Assembly: GCA_965116495.1 (NCBI GenBank)
Contig: OZ220696.1
Location: forward strand, 1,440,001-1,504,000
Length of the DNA: 64,000 nucleotides
From: Gammaproteobacteria bacterium
GTDB lineage: Bacteria; Pseudomonadota; Gammaproteobacteria; Eutrophobiales; Eutrophobiaceae
Direction of reading: 5' to 3'
The position numbers and the translations under genes are program-made. Shown here in pieces: positions 8,918 through 18,803 of the stretch. Each line of letters starts with the position of its first letter. Position 1 is the first letter of the stretch. A model generated the notes under the pieces. That model was not told the DNA's origin, did not search any database, and was given only the letters and a program-made list of their open reading frames with translations.

Positions 8918-10460
8918 TTACTTCCTCAAATGCCGGTTTTATCTCGGTCTTCGGAGTCCAGTCCGGGCCGTACAGTCGTTTGTATCTTTCCGGCCGGTCC
9001 ACCGACCCCTTGGCGCCACCGCCCCGCCATAGATCATATTTTTCATCGGCATACTCATCAAAGAATTCTATCAGCCTTGCATCCAGGTCTGCGACTATTT
9101 CCCGGTATGCCGGGTCATCGTAGACATTCCGGTTCTGTTCTGGGTCTTTTCTGATATCGTACAGCGCCGGTTCGCCGGTAGAGCGCAGCCGTTTCCAGTA
9201 GGCATAATTTTCAGTCCTGATGGCCCTGGTCTCTTCCTGTTCAAAGAATACTGCGTCATGCCAGTTGTCTGTTTTACCGGTTAATGCAGACCTGAAGCTC
9301 TTGCCGGGGCTGTTGCCGAAGGTCACGTCGCCCAAGCCGATATAATCCAGGATGGTCAGCGGGATATCATACTGGCCTATCAATAACTCGCTGACCTGGC
9401 CTGCTTTGATGTTGTCCGGGTGTCTGATAATCAACGGAATATTCATGGCCGTTTCATACATACTCGAAGGCGTCGTCACGACAGTATGTTGCCAGAGACC
9501 GTGCTGACCATAGAAGTTACCCTGGTCCGAGGAAAAGATGACCAGGGTGTTTTTTTCCAGCCCTTTCTCCCGCAACGCGGCCAGCACCCTGCCTACGCCG
9601 TCGTCCACCAGAGTATTCTGGGAGGCAACATTGGCCATGGTGGCCGGGTCATTGTGCATGGCCAGTCCTTCGCGCAGCTTGTTCCGCAGAAAAGGGTTGG
9701 TGTCATCACTGAGCAACTGCTCGACCAGGTTTTCGTTATAGGCTGTCCGGGGGAAAGATTTAAATTCCTTGCCCGCGTATTCCTGGTAGAACCGGTTTCT
9801 TGCGGGCCCGTAGTTCGTGGGCGGGTTGGTATAAGGTCCGTCGTAATTCAGTTGCAGGTAAAACGGCTGATCGCCGGCGTAATCCTGTATGTACTCAACT
9901 GCCTTGTCCGTAAAGAAATCGACGATATGCCGGTCTTTTACCGGGTAGGTTTTGTCATTATCGATGATGGTGTTGTCCCAGAAATCAATGGTGTGGCCAT
10001 AAGGAAACGTAACCCAGTGCTGGTAGCCGATGGACGCTTTCCAGGGCTGGCCCAGGTGCCATTTCCCGATCATGGCGGTCCGGTAACCGCGGTTTTTCAG
10101 CGTAAGCGGCAACGTGCGGAATTCCGCCACGGCAGACCAGCTTTCCGGCCATTGGTCCAGTAACTCGTCATCCAGCCAGCTGTGTACGCCGTGCTGGGAC
10201 GGCATCAAGCCGGTCATCAAGGTGGCCCGGGTGGGCGAGCACATGCCGTTGACGGCGAAGGCGCGGGTGAACCTGATGCCCTCTTCGGCCAATCTGTCCA
10301 CGTGGGGCGTCCTGACATCCGGGTTGCCGTAGGCGCCCAGCAGGGAAGCAGCCTGGTTATCGGTCAGTATGAACAGGATATTCGGCGGCCGCTCTCCGGC
10401 AACGGCAATCCCAACCGACAGCAATAATGCGAAAAAACAGGAAAGATATGATGTTTTCAT
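8814..10460 (-). CDS. Secreted formylglycine-dependent sulfatase
   Basis: Signal peptide, PNILFILTDNQ, CSPTRA (CxPxR), GKWHLG, SDQG. Start placed at MKTSYL. The C-terminal ~35 aa read through the heptamer element. Confidence 0.88.
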   Translation of the reverse strand: MKTSYLSCFFALLLSVGIAVAGERPPNILFILTDNQAASLLGAYGNPDVRTPHVDRLAEEGIRFTRAFAVNGMCSPTRATLMTGLMPSQHGVHSWLDDELLDQWPESWSAVAEFRTLPLTLKNRGYRTAMIGKWHLGQPWKASIGYQHWVTFPYGHTIDFWDNTIIDNDKTYPVKDRHIVDFFTDKAVEYIQDYAGDQPFYLQLNYDGPYTNPPTNYGPARNRFYQEYAGKEFKSFPRTAYNENLVEQLLSDDTNPFLRNKLREGLAMHNDPATMANVASQNTLVDDGVGRVLAALREKGLEKNTLVIFSSDQGNFYGQHGLWQHTVVTTPSSMYETAMNIPLIIRHPDNIKAGQVSELLIGQYDIPLTILDYIGLGDVTFGNSPGKSFRSALTGKTDNWHDAVFFEQEETRAIRTENYAYWKRLRSTGEPALYDIRKDPEQNRNVYDDPAYREIVADLDARLIEFFDEYADEKYDLWRGGGAKGSVDRPERYKRLYGPDWTPKTEIKPAFEEVRIRNYELGMNVPPVAAVFQCILCLPQIESKHTVT

Positions 10461-10467
10461 AAGAATA

Positions 10468-11249
10468 TCAATACCATGTGAATGATAAAGGGTTGGCGCC
10501 CGGCGTCTCAAAGTAGTCCAGGAACCGGTTCAGTTCGGACAGCTCTCCCGTTAATGTCATGCCGCCGTTCAGCACCGCTGCCTCTATGGTTGTATTACCC
10601 GATAATACCTCGTTGAAGACAGGTTTTGTCATGTACAGAACCATGTCCATCTCGTTTTCCGGATCGGTATCGAGCTGGCAGACGCCGCGCCGTATCGTCA
10701 ACCCGTAGGATTCGTCCAAATCGGTGAATACAAACCCCAGCGACCTGCTCTCGGTCAGGGTCTGCTCCGCCTTGAGCCTGGGCGTCCAGGCGTCAATGCT
10801 CACATCAACGGGTATTTCCGCCAGGATATCAGGCGGCATGAATATGTTTGCCATTTGTTTTTGCGGTCTCCAGCGTATCGAAGCTGCCCTCAAGTTCCAG
10901 CGCCGAGGTAAGGTACCAGTTACGCCAGTTGATATTCATACTGGCGTAACCCAGTGGGTTTGTCCGTGATCTTGCGGAACCCGGCAAGAACCTCCCTGCT
11001 GGTTTCCGGGCTCAGGCCAGCATCAACCATGATGAGGCCGTCATCGCCGACGATCACGACGATGTCAGCCACGTTCCAGCCGACCGCGCTGTAGACACGG
11101 TCCGTTACCTTGTAGATCTTTTTCGCAAAGTGTTCCGTATGGGCTTTCAGTTCAGGGCGTATCGCCGGTTCCGCGCGGCCTGTTACGTCGGCATGGCAAT
11201 GCAGACCGATGAGGTTGGCAACGATGAAGCAGGAAAATAATTTATTCAT
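10468..11249 (-). pseudogene. Alkyl sulfatase (SdsA1/BDS1-like) pseudogene with a large internal deletion and frameshifts
   Basis: The N-terminal MBL-fold start (...GDDGLIMVDAG...FRKITDKP) joins out of frame to LGYASMNINWRNWYLTSALELEG (dimerisation region). A further frameshift in an A-run near 10860 leads into the SCP2-like C-terminus. The HxHxDH metal motif is absent. Confidence 0.75.
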
Positions 11250-11321
11250 GAATTAAGGGATCTTTTGCCACAGAGGGCACAGAGTATATAGAATAACTTG
11301 CGGTGTATCGATGTTGCTTGG

Positions 11322-11437
11322 AGTGAATGGGGTCAGGTCGCACAATGCACACCAGTGTGGACATCGGGTCGAGGAATGAAACAAATTACCGGTGTGCATT
11401 GTGCGACCTGACCCCATTCACTTGACCCCATTCACTC
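11322..11437. repeat. Long-hairpin repeat family (ATGGGGTCAGGTCGCACAATGCACAC...), copy 1
   Basis: Perfect 32-bp IR at 11322-11353/11391-11422, plus a partial duplication of the right end. Confidence 0.9.
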
Positions 11438-11455
11438 TGTTAAACTGCAGCGGAA

Positions 11456-11944
11456 ATGGCGATGAAACGCAGAGATTTTCTTCAATTAACCCTATCCCTG
11501 GCATTTGCTTCCCTGGGCGGCCGCGCCGGCGCGAAGGGAGGCGCGGCCGGGATACCGGGCAACAATGGCGAGGTATTATCCGGTGTCGTCTATCAACTGT
11601 TCCCCCATGAACGGTTAAACAAGGATGTTTACGAGCAGGTAACGGAGCAACTGAGCGGCAAGATCGGTCAATCCGCCGAACTGACGGCGATGATGGACGA
11701 CGCGCTGGAGATCCTGGCAGGTAACGGCAATGAACGATGGCCGGAACTGACGCAACAGCAGAAGGCGGCTTCGCTTGAGAAAATACAACAGACACCATTC
11801 TTCCGGTTTATCCTGAATGAAACCCTGGGCGGGATATACCAGCACCCCCGCACCTGGGAACTGTTGGGATTTGAAGGCTCGTCCCTGGAGTTCGGTGGCT
11901 ACATCAACAGGGGCCTGGACGATATTGACTGGCTGCCTGAATAG
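11456..11944 (+). CDS. Tat-signal small subunit (gluconate 2-dehydrogenase subunit 3-like)
   Basis: KRRDFL twin-arginine signal; C-terminal YQHPRTWELLGFEGSSLEFGGY...DIDWLPE. Lies directly upstream of a GMC gene. Confidence 0.8.
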   Translation: MAMKRRDFLQLTLSLAFASLGGRAGAKGGAAGIPGNNGEVLSGVVYQLFPHERLNKDVYEQVTEQLSGKIGQSAELTAMMDDALEILAGNGNERWPELTQQQKAASLEKIQQTPFFRFILNETLGGIYQHPRTWELLGFEGSSLEFGGYINRGLDDIDWLPE

Positions 11945-11964
11945 CTTGAGACATTTAGAGAAGA

Positions 11965-13521
11965 ATGACGAAATTCTCACTGAATGACTCTTCCGTGGTT
12001 GTAGTCATCGGCTCCGGCGCCGGCGGCGGGACAGTGGCCGACGTACTCTCCAACAACGGGGTTGGCGTCGTCTGCCTTGAAGCCGGCGGACGGCTGGATC
12101 CCGCGGATATTGTCACCAACGAAGCCGAGATGTTCGACAAGCTCACCTGGCTGGATGAAAGACAGGGCAGCGGTATTGCCTCGCCCCCTTTCCCCGTCTG
12201 GAACTGCAAGACCGTGGGCGGTACGACCGTACACTGGACCGCGACCAGCGTACGCTTGTCTCAACACGAATTTAACGCACGCAGCCACTACGGTGATATG
12301 GCAGGTGCGACACTGGCCGACTGGCCGGTGAAGCTTGCCGATCTTGAACCCTGGTACTCGGTTGCCGAAGACCGGCTGGGTGTGACCGGGACACACGGTA
12401 TCGAACGGCTGCCCGCCAGCAATAATTTCCTCGTGTTCGAAGCCGGGGCAAAACGCTGCGGTTACAAGGAAATCAATACCGGTAACCTGGCCATTAACCC
12501 GGCGCCGCGGGACGGCAGGGGCAGTTGCCTGCAACTGGGGTTTTGCACCAGCGGCTGCGCGGTGGGGGCGAAATGGTCGACCCTGTATAGCGACATTCCC
12601 TCGGCGGAACAAAGCGGCCATTTTGAATTAAGGACTGAAGCAATGGCGGTAAAGCTGAACCATGACAACAATGGCAGGGTAACCGGCGTCGACTACCTGG
12701 ACAGTGGCGGCAAGCTGCATACCCAGGCATCCCGGGCGGTCTGCGTGGCAGGAAATACCGTTGAGACGACCCGGTTGCTGCTGAACTCCCGATCCGGACA
12801 ATTCCCCAGCGGCCTGGCGAACCGCAGCGGCCAGGTAGGCCGGAACTACATGCGGCACGTCATGGCGGGGGTGGTCGGGGTAATGCCCGGGCAGGTCAAC
12901 CTGTACCGCGGCGCGCACCAGGCGGGAATAATTTATGACGAGCGCCACCATGACGAGGCGCGCGGATTTTCCGGCGGTTTTTTGTTTGAGACGGTAAATT
13001 TTACGCCGGAATCCATGGCCCGGTTTCTACGGCCCGGAGGCTGGGGAAAGGAATACGCAAAACTGCTTGAGCAGTACGGGCGGATGGCAGCCATGCTAAT
13101 CGTGGGCGAGGACCCGCCGATGGCCGCTAATTCGATAAGCCTGCACCCGACGCGCAAGGACCGCTACGGCCTGCCTGTGCCGGTCATTCACTACGAACAT
13201 CATGACAACTCGAAGAAGATGCTGCGCTACGGGTTGGACCGGGGACGCAGGATATACGAGGCGCTGGGAGCCGAACAGGTGGTGGAAATGGTGGACGTGT
13301 TCCCCGCTACCCACAATATGGGTACTGCACGCATGGGCAACGACCCGGCCACCAGTGTCTGTAACCAATGGGGACAAACCCATGACCTCGACAACCTGTT
13401 CATCAGCGACGGCAGCCTGTTCCCTACCTCAGGCTGCGCCAACCCGACGCTGACCATTATTGCGCTGGCGTTGCGGCAGGCGGAGTACCTGGCCTCGCAG
13501 ATACAGTCAAATGCGATTTAG
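11965..13521 (+). CDS. GMC-family FAD oxidoreductase
   Basis: IGSGAGGG, VGGTTVHW, CLQLGFCTSGC Fe-S motif, HNMGTARMG, NPTLTIIALA. Confidence 0.92.
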   Translation: MTKFSLNDSSVVVVIGSGAGGGTVADVLSNNGVGVVCLEAGGRLDPADIVTNEAEMFDKLTWLDERQGSGIASPPFPVWNCKTVGGTTVHWTATSVRLSQHEFNARSHYGDMAGATLADWPVKLADLEPWYSVAEDRLGVTGTHGIERLPASNNFLVFEAGAKRCGYKEINTGNLAINPAPRDGRGSCLQLGFCTSGCAVGAKWSTLYSDIPSAEQSGHFELRTEAMAVKLNHDNNGRVTGVDYLDSGGKLHTQASRAVCVAGNTVETTRLLLNSRSGQFPSGLANRSGQVGRNYMRHVMAGVVGVMPGQVNLYRGAHQAGIIYDERHHDEARGFSGGFLFETVNFTPESMARFLRPGGWGKEYAKLLEQYGRMAAMLIVGEDPPMAANSISLHPTRKDRYGLPVPVIHYEHHDNSKKMLRYGLDRGRRIYEALGAEQVVEMVDVFPATHNMGTARMGNDPATSVCNQWGQTHDLDNLFISDGSLFPTSGCANPTLTIIALALRQAEYLASQIQSNAI

Positions 13522-13532
13522 CCGAGCCCGGC

Positions 13533-13558
13533 CGGGGACAGATTTAAATCTGTCCCCG
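13533..13558. repeat. Short palindromic REP-like element GGGGACAGATTTAAATCTGTCCCC
   Basis: Perfect 26-bp palindrome between convergent genes. Related copies at 29495, 29540, 39492, 61223 and a short one at 28863. Confidence 0.8.
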
Positions 13559-13589
13559 TTCTATTCAGGAGCAGCCGTGTTATTGATGT

Positions 13590-14051
13590 TTACTGGGTTC
13601 CTGCTTCCGCAGGAACGACGGACCCCCGGCGCCGTTTTTCTATATCTTCCAGCAGGCGGTCGCGCTCGCTGCCCACGGTATTTCCGCCGCGATACTCGGT
13701 GCCGTCTTCCGTCACGATCAGCTTCCAGTCCATCTTGTGGCCGCCGTCCCGCGCCGGGTTCCCGGTGATCTTAATCACGTCTCCGGGTTGCAGCGTATCC
13801 TTGTCCCACCCCCTGCGCCGCAAAATGGCCGAAGCATTTCCTTCCGCGAACCAGTGCTGGACCTCACCGTCAGGGGGCGTGACATCGAAATAGATGCGGG
13901 CGTGGGGATTGATCAGGCGGAACTTCGTCACCACGCCGGTAACGGTTATCAGTTCGCTGACTATGTAGTGTGACTCCGGACTGTGATGCGCGAACGCCGG
14001 CGAGCCGAACAGCACTGCCGTAATAAAAGATGCAACCAGTAAATTTTTCAT
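13590..14051 (-). CDS. DUF6152-family secreted protein
   Basis: Signal peptide then AHHS, G-V-VTKFRLINPHARIY, W-x-x-EG, LQPGD-V-I-K-I-T-G-N-P-A-R-D-G. Confidence 0.75.
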   Translation of the reverse strand: MKNLLVASFITAVLFGSPAFAHHSPESHYIVSELITVTGVVTKFRLINPHARIYFDVTPPDGEVQHWFAEGNASAILRRRGWDKDTLQPGDVIKITGNPARDGGHKMDWKLIVTEDGTEYRGGNTVGSERDRLLEDIEKRRRGSVVPAEAGTQ

Positions 14052-14077
14052 AAACGACCCCTCGTGATCATGATGCA

Positions 14078-14911
14078 CTAATACTCTCCGGTGATCGCCT
14101 CACACACGAACTCCTCAAGCTCCCAACCAGGCGCAGGCAAGAAACTTCTCTGGTTGTCATAGGGTGCACGAAAATGTACCGGGTCGATGATGGCCAGTTC
14201 CAGGTCCAGCCTGCCGTTGCCGGCATTCAGTGTATAGCGTTCGATAAAGCGCGTGTCCTTATCGGGAGCAATCGCGCCGCCGCCGGGGACACCAATCATG
14301 TTAGGAATAACGTGGGTCGTCTCCACTACCAGGGTTGACCCCTCGTACCGGCCGGTCGAATGTCCGAGCCGTGTCAGTGGCGAGTCGGGAGGGCTCGCCC
14401 TTCCATCCAGGTATACCGTCCTCACGGCATTCCAGTATTCGTAACGGAAAACGACCCTATCGTCGAACTGCTCAATCTGCATGGGCACAGGCGCCAGGAT
14501 CTGGTGGCGCAAGCTGTCGCCCTCCGGGGTGCAGTCCAGGGCCGCGCCTTTCGCAGGGTCGTATTCCGACTGTTTTTTCCGGGCGAGCGGGGTAAGCAGG
14601 TCCTTATTCTGCTGTTTCACATAGTCCTGCATCTCGTAAAACAGTTCTTTCACGGTCCGGTCGTCGTTACCGGGGTCTGCCAGCAGGCTTTGCAGGTACT
14701 TGAACCCTGCCATGGAACACCCCGAACGGGAGCAGGCCAGGTCCTCAACGCGCCAGCGTTCATCGTCTGGTGAAAGCAATGCGTTGGTCCAGACACCCGA
14801 AATATCCGGTCTGCTATCCTCCCCGGCAAGGCCTGCGCCATGGGCGAAGGTTGTCATTACAACCACTGCAGTGATGTTGAAGTATTTTCCGAACATCTTC
14901 GATATTTCCAA
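14078..14911 (-). CDS. Secreted hypothetical protein, of the type usually paired with DUF6152
   Basis: RPDISGVW, C-x-P-x-G, PMQIEQ, RTVYLDGR, LGHSTGRYEGSTLVVETT, IERY, C-terminal EFVC. Confidence 0.7.
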   Translation of the reverse strand: MEISKMFGKYFNITAVVVMTTFAHGAGLAGEDSRPDISGVWTNALLSPDDERWRVEDLACSRSGCSMAGFKYLQSLLADPGNDDRTVKELFYEMQDYVKQQNKDLLTPLARKKQSEYDPAKGAALDCTPEGDSLRHQILAPVPMQIEQFDDRVVFRYEYWNAVRTVYLDGRASPPDSPLTRLGHSTGRYEGSTLVVETTHVIPNMIGVPGGGAIAPDKDTRFIERYTLNAGNGRLDLELAIIDPVHFRAPYDNQRSFLPAPGWELEEFVCEAITGEY

Positions 14912-15000
14912 TAACTACGATAAGTTACAGAGTATAACAGGGATCATTCGAGCTGCGACGCCGGTAGCTGAAAATCAATGGGCCCGGGTTCCATTTGATT

Positions 15001-16665
15001 TTACCCTGTAGATTTTTGCAGCCTGCGCTTCAGCAGTCCCCTGGCGATAATGTTTGCCTGGATCTCCGCGGAACCTTCGAAGATGCTCAATACCCTGGCA
15101 TCGCATAATACCCTCGAGATCTCGAACTCTGTGGCATAGCCGTTGCCTCCATGGATCTGCAAGGCGTTATCCGCGCAGGACCAGGCTACCCGTGCGCTCA
15201 ACATTTTCGCCATGCCCGCCTCGACGTCACAACGCCGCCCCGTATCTGCCTGACGCGCGGCAAAATAAACCAGTTGCCGCAATAACATGATCTCGGCCGC
15301 CATCCAGCCGATCTTGCCGGCCACCCTGGGAAAGGCCAGAATGGGTTTGCCGAACTGTACGCGCTGCCGGGCATAGTCCAGGGCCAGTTCCAGCGCGTTC
15401 TGCGCGACGCCCACAGCGCGCGCCGCGGTCTGCAACCGCCCCGCTTCAAAAGACGCCATGAGTTGCCTGAACCCCTGCCCTTCAACCCCTCCCAGCAACC
15501 CGTCCGGGTTTGCCCTGCAACCGTCAAAACTGATCTCGTATTCCTTCATGCCGCGGTACCCGAGTACCGGAATTTCACTGCCGCTCATTCCCTGCAACGG
15601 AAATGGCTCGGCGTCGGTCCCGCCCGGCTTGTCCACGAGAAACATGCTCAATCCCCGGTATCCCTTTTCCGTGGGGTCGGTGCGCGCCAGCAGGACCATC
15701 AGGTTGGCCCTTCCTGCATGAGTGCTCCAGGTCTTGTTGCCGGTTATCCCGTAACAATCCCCGGCCTTCACGGCCCTGGTCTTCAACCCCGCAAGGTCGG
15801 ATCCGGCATCGGGTTCGGTCACCAGCACCGCGGGCAGTATGTCGCCGGATGCAATCCCGGGCAGGTATCGTCTCTTCTGCTCTTCGGTCCCGGCCTTCAG
15901 TATCAATTCCGCGGCAATCTCGGAACGGGTGGCAAGCGAGCCCACACCGAGATATCCCCTGCTCAACTCTTCCGTGATGACGCACATCGCGAGCTTGCCT
16001 AAAGCATGGCCGCCGTATTGTTCCGGGATACAGACCGCGAAAACCCCCATTTCAGCCAGTTGGCGGATCAGGCCGGACGGGATAAGACTGTCTTGCCGGT
16101 GCCATACACCCGCCTGCCCGGCTATTTCTTCATCTGTAAAACGGCGGAACTGCTCCCTGACCAGGGTCAACGTCGGATCCAGGGTTGGATCAACTGGCTG
16201 TTCTCCGCCGGCCAGCAACTCAGCAATCCGCACACGGTTTTCAATGGTGTTGCCGTCCCTGATCAACTGGTTAATGGAGTCATCGGCCATCAGTTCAGGC
16301 AGGATTGCCGGGGACAGGACGTCACCGGGACGGAATACCTCGTCCTGGCTCATGGCAATACCGTGCAGCAACTGCTGCAGGTAAGCGCCTGTCCCTGTCT
16401 TGAAGACGGCCTGGTCCAGTTCCGTAAATCCGCCCTGCTCCAGTAACCGCCCGGACCAGTCCGCCAGTTGTCTCAGCGCCTCCAGGTACGTCGCCGCCCA
16501 GGCGTAGCCGTGGGAGGCGAACTGGTGCTTTTCAAGGGACGGCGCATGAACGGCATTATCCCTGACCACCTTCCCTGCCAGGGCTTCCAGGTAACCGTGC
16601 ACCAGCCTTTCAATGCCGCTGATGGCATGCTCTGCTTGCTGTAACCGTTCTTCCACAGGGATCAT
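15001..16665 (-). CDS. mcd: Acyl-CoA dehydrogenase, (2S)-methylsuccinyl-CoA dehydrogenase-like
   Basis: ~550 aa with the N-terminal extension HQFASHGYAWAATYLEALRQ, plus TEPDAGSDL, IPVLGYRGMKEYEI and IFEGSAEIQ, all typical of Mcd. Confidence 0.75.
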   Translation of the reverse strand: MIPVEERLQQAEHAISGIERLVHGYLEALAGKVVRDNAVHAPSLEKHQFASHGYAWAATYLEALRQLADWSGRLLEQGGFTELDQAVFKTGTGAYLQQLLHGIAMSQDEVFRPGDVLSPAILPELMADDSINQLIRDGNTIENRVRIAELLAGGEQPVDPTLDPTLTLVREQFRRFTDEEIAGQAGVWHRQDSLIPSGLIRQLAEMGVFAVCIPEQYGGHALGKLAMCVITEELSRGYLGVGSLATRSEIAAELILKAGTEEQKRRYLPGIASGDILPAVLVTEPDAGSDLAGLKTRAVKAGDCYGITGNKTWSTHAGRANLMVLLARTDPTEKGYRGLSMFLVDKPGGTDAEPFPLQGMSGSEIPVLGYRGMKEYEISFDGCRANPDGLLGGVEGQGFRQLMASFEAGRLQTAARAVGVAQNALELALDYARQRVQFGKPILAFPRVAGKIGWMAAEIMLLRQLVYFAARQADTGRRCDVEAGMAKMLSARVAWSCADNALQIHGGNGYATEFEISRVLCDARVLSIFEGSAEIQANIIARGLLKRRLQKSTG

Positions 16666-16697
16666 TCTATATAATAGAGTTTTCCGGGCAAGGAACT

Positions 16698-17885
16698 ATG
16701 AACAAGCGCAAGATCCTCATACTGGTGATTTCCGCCAGTTTCATCACCTTGATGTCAACGGACTTGTATATACCGAGTATGGCCCATATGCCGGGACTGC
16801 TCGGCACCAGCCCCGAACTGGTCAAGCTGACAGTCGGCCTCAACCTGCTGGGGTACGGTTTCGCCACCCTGCTTCACGGTCCGCTTTCCGAACGTTTCGG
16901 CCGCAGGCCGGTCCTGCTCTGCGGCATGGTCGGATTTACCCTGGCCAGCTTATTCTGCGCCCTTGCAGCCGATATAGGTCAACTGATAACGGCGCGGGTG
17001 TTCCAGGGCATCGCCGCTGCCGTGGAAGGCGTTGTTGTGCTGGCGATCATTCGCGATATTTTTTCGGAGAAGGAACAGGTACGGGCGATAGCCGTTTACG
17101 GCATCGCCACTGCACTTGCTCCCGCCATTGCTCCAGTATTGGGTGGTTATATCCACGTATATTTCGGCTGGAGGATGAATTTTTATTTACTCACATGCCT
17201 GGCGCTGGTGGTAACCGTGCTGCTGACCCTGTACCTGGACGAATCAAGCAAAAAGGATTATCACGCTCTTGACCTGAAGGAAATTTACTCTGACTATTTC
17301 AGTATACTCAGCAACAGGTCGTTCCTGATTTATGTCACCATCGGCGGCTGCAGCCTGGGCTGCATATTTGCCTTCATCACCGCAGCTCCGTTCATCCTGA
17401 TTACCAACCATGGCGTGCCGACCGAGCATTTCGGCTACTACCAGGGAGCCATCGTGCTGACCTTCGTTATCGGAAGCCTGGTCGCGGCCAGGATGACAAG
17501 GAAACAAGGGACCGGGGATATTTTACGCATAGGCGTTTACTCCGCAGCAGGCGGAGCCTTGTTGCTGCTGGCTATCATGGTAACTGGATGGGAGACTCCG
17601 GTCACGCTGACGTTTGCCGTGGCGCTGCTCACGTTCGCCGACGGGCCGATCTTTGCCGTGGTACCCACCCTGGCCATGAATTCAACCAGTAAAAGAACCG
17701 GCGCGGCGGCAGCCATGATCGTTGCCGCGGAGATGGCAATAGGCTCGGTTGCAGCACTGTTTCTCAGTTGGTTTCACGACGGCACGGCATGGCCGATGAT
17801 GATCACCATGCTGGGACTGGTGCTGGTTATCGTCCTGGCCTACATGAGCGGTGCGAAAGCAGCCGGTGCGGAAAATACCGGATAA
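16698..17885 (+). CDS. Bcr/CflA-family MFS efflux transporter
   Basis: STDLYIPSM, GPLSERFGRRPVLL, ARVFQG, APVLGG, GWR; about 12 hydrophobic segments. Confidence 0.9.
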   Translation: MNKRKILILVISASFITLMSTDLYIPSMAHMPGLLGTSPELVKLTVGLNLLGYGFATLLHGPLSERFGRRPVLLCGMVGFTLASLFCALAADIGQLITARVFQGIAAAVEGVVVLAIIRDIFSEKEQVRAIAVYGIATALAPAIAPVLGGYIHVYFGWRMNFYLLTCLALVVTVLLTLYLDESSKKDYHALDLKEIYSDYFSILSNRSFLIYVTIGGCSLGCIFAFITAAPFILITNHGVPTEHFGYYQGAIVLTFVIGSLVAARMTRKQGTGDILRIGVYSAAGGALLLLAIMVTGWETPVTLTFAVALLTFADGPIFAVVPTLAMNSTSKRTGAAAAMIVAAEMAIGSVAALFLSWFHDGTAWPMMITMLGLVLVIVLAYMSGAKAAGAENTG

Positions 17886-17951
17886 GTCCCGACTTTCCCC
17901 GGTATGCAATCACGGGGCTCAGCGACGATTTATACTCCCTGTTCTTATTGA

Positions 17952-18803
17952 CTATTCAGCCGTGACGCTTGCCCGGGCTGCAATTTCTCCGTCTGAACGC
18001 TGCACCTGCATGCTGATGGTATCTGCTCCTTCTGCTGTTGCAGAGAGACGGACAGGCTGATCGTCAAACAGCGGCGCCAGGGCGCGATATTCAAACCTGT
18101 TAATGTCCTTATCTGTGTGTTCCCTGACCAGTTGCAGCAATAGCATGGCTACCAGGGGGGCATGCACCACCAAGGCGGGATAGCCCTCCCCTGTCGCGGC
18201 GTAGGTCCTGTCGTAATGAATCTTGTGGCTGTTGAACGTCACGGCCGAGAAACGGAACAACATACCGGCATCCACGGTCAGTTCATGTGACCAGGTGTTC
18301 GCTCCCGGTTCCGCAAATGGCTTGACATCCGGCAGCGCCACAGGCGCTCCCTTGTCCCGGTAGACGATGTCCTGCTCCTCAACAACGCACAGGTTTCCCC
18401 GTTGCTTGAAACTGTTACGAATCCGGACGAATACCAAATCGCCGGACGCGCCGGATTTTTCAGTTATATCAATGACCTCTGACTCGCGTCCGGTCTCATG
18501 GCCGATGATTAACGGTTGCAGGAAATTCACCTTCATTCCGGCAAACAAGCGCCGGGGCAACGTTACGGGAGGAAGAAAACCGCCCCGTCTCGGATGGCCA
18601 TCCTCACCCAGGCCGGATTGGGGTACAGGTTTGATGGTAAAAACCCAGTGCCACAAAGGCGGCAGCCTGTCTCCTTCCCCATAGTCCGGCGCCGGTTCAT
18701 CCAGCGTTGCCGCGAGCCTGTTGACCTGGGCAGGGGTTATGATTTCGGCGCAGCGTTCAACCTTTGGGCGCCAGCCGGGAAACAGTTCGTTGAGTTGGGT
18801 CAT
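17952..18803 (-). CDS. Double hot-dog hydratase, mesaconyl-C4-CoA/itaconyl-CoA hydratase-like
   Basis: LPPLWHW, LGEDGHP, FLPPVTLPRRLFAG, LFRFSAVTFNSHKIHYD, EGYPALVVHAPL. Close to mct. Confidence 0.8.
   Translation of the reverse strand: MTQLNELFPGWRPKVERCAEIITPAQVNRLAATLDEPAPDYGEGDRLPPLWHWVFTIKPVPQSGLGEDGHPRRGGFLPPVTLPRRLFAGMKVNFLQPLIIGHETGRESEVIDITEKSGASGDLVFVRIRNSFKQRGNLCVVEEQDIVYRDKGAPVALPDVKPFAEPGANTWSHELTVDAGMLFRFSAVTFNSHKIHYDRTYAATGEGYPALVVHAPLVAMLLLQLVREHTDKDINRFEYRALAPLFDDQPVRLSATAEGADTISMQVQRSDGEIAARASVTAE

Noticed and set aside
11304-11315. Fourth TATCGAT operator
   Set aside because: Only the short core matches, without the A/T flanks, and it lies between repeat elements.
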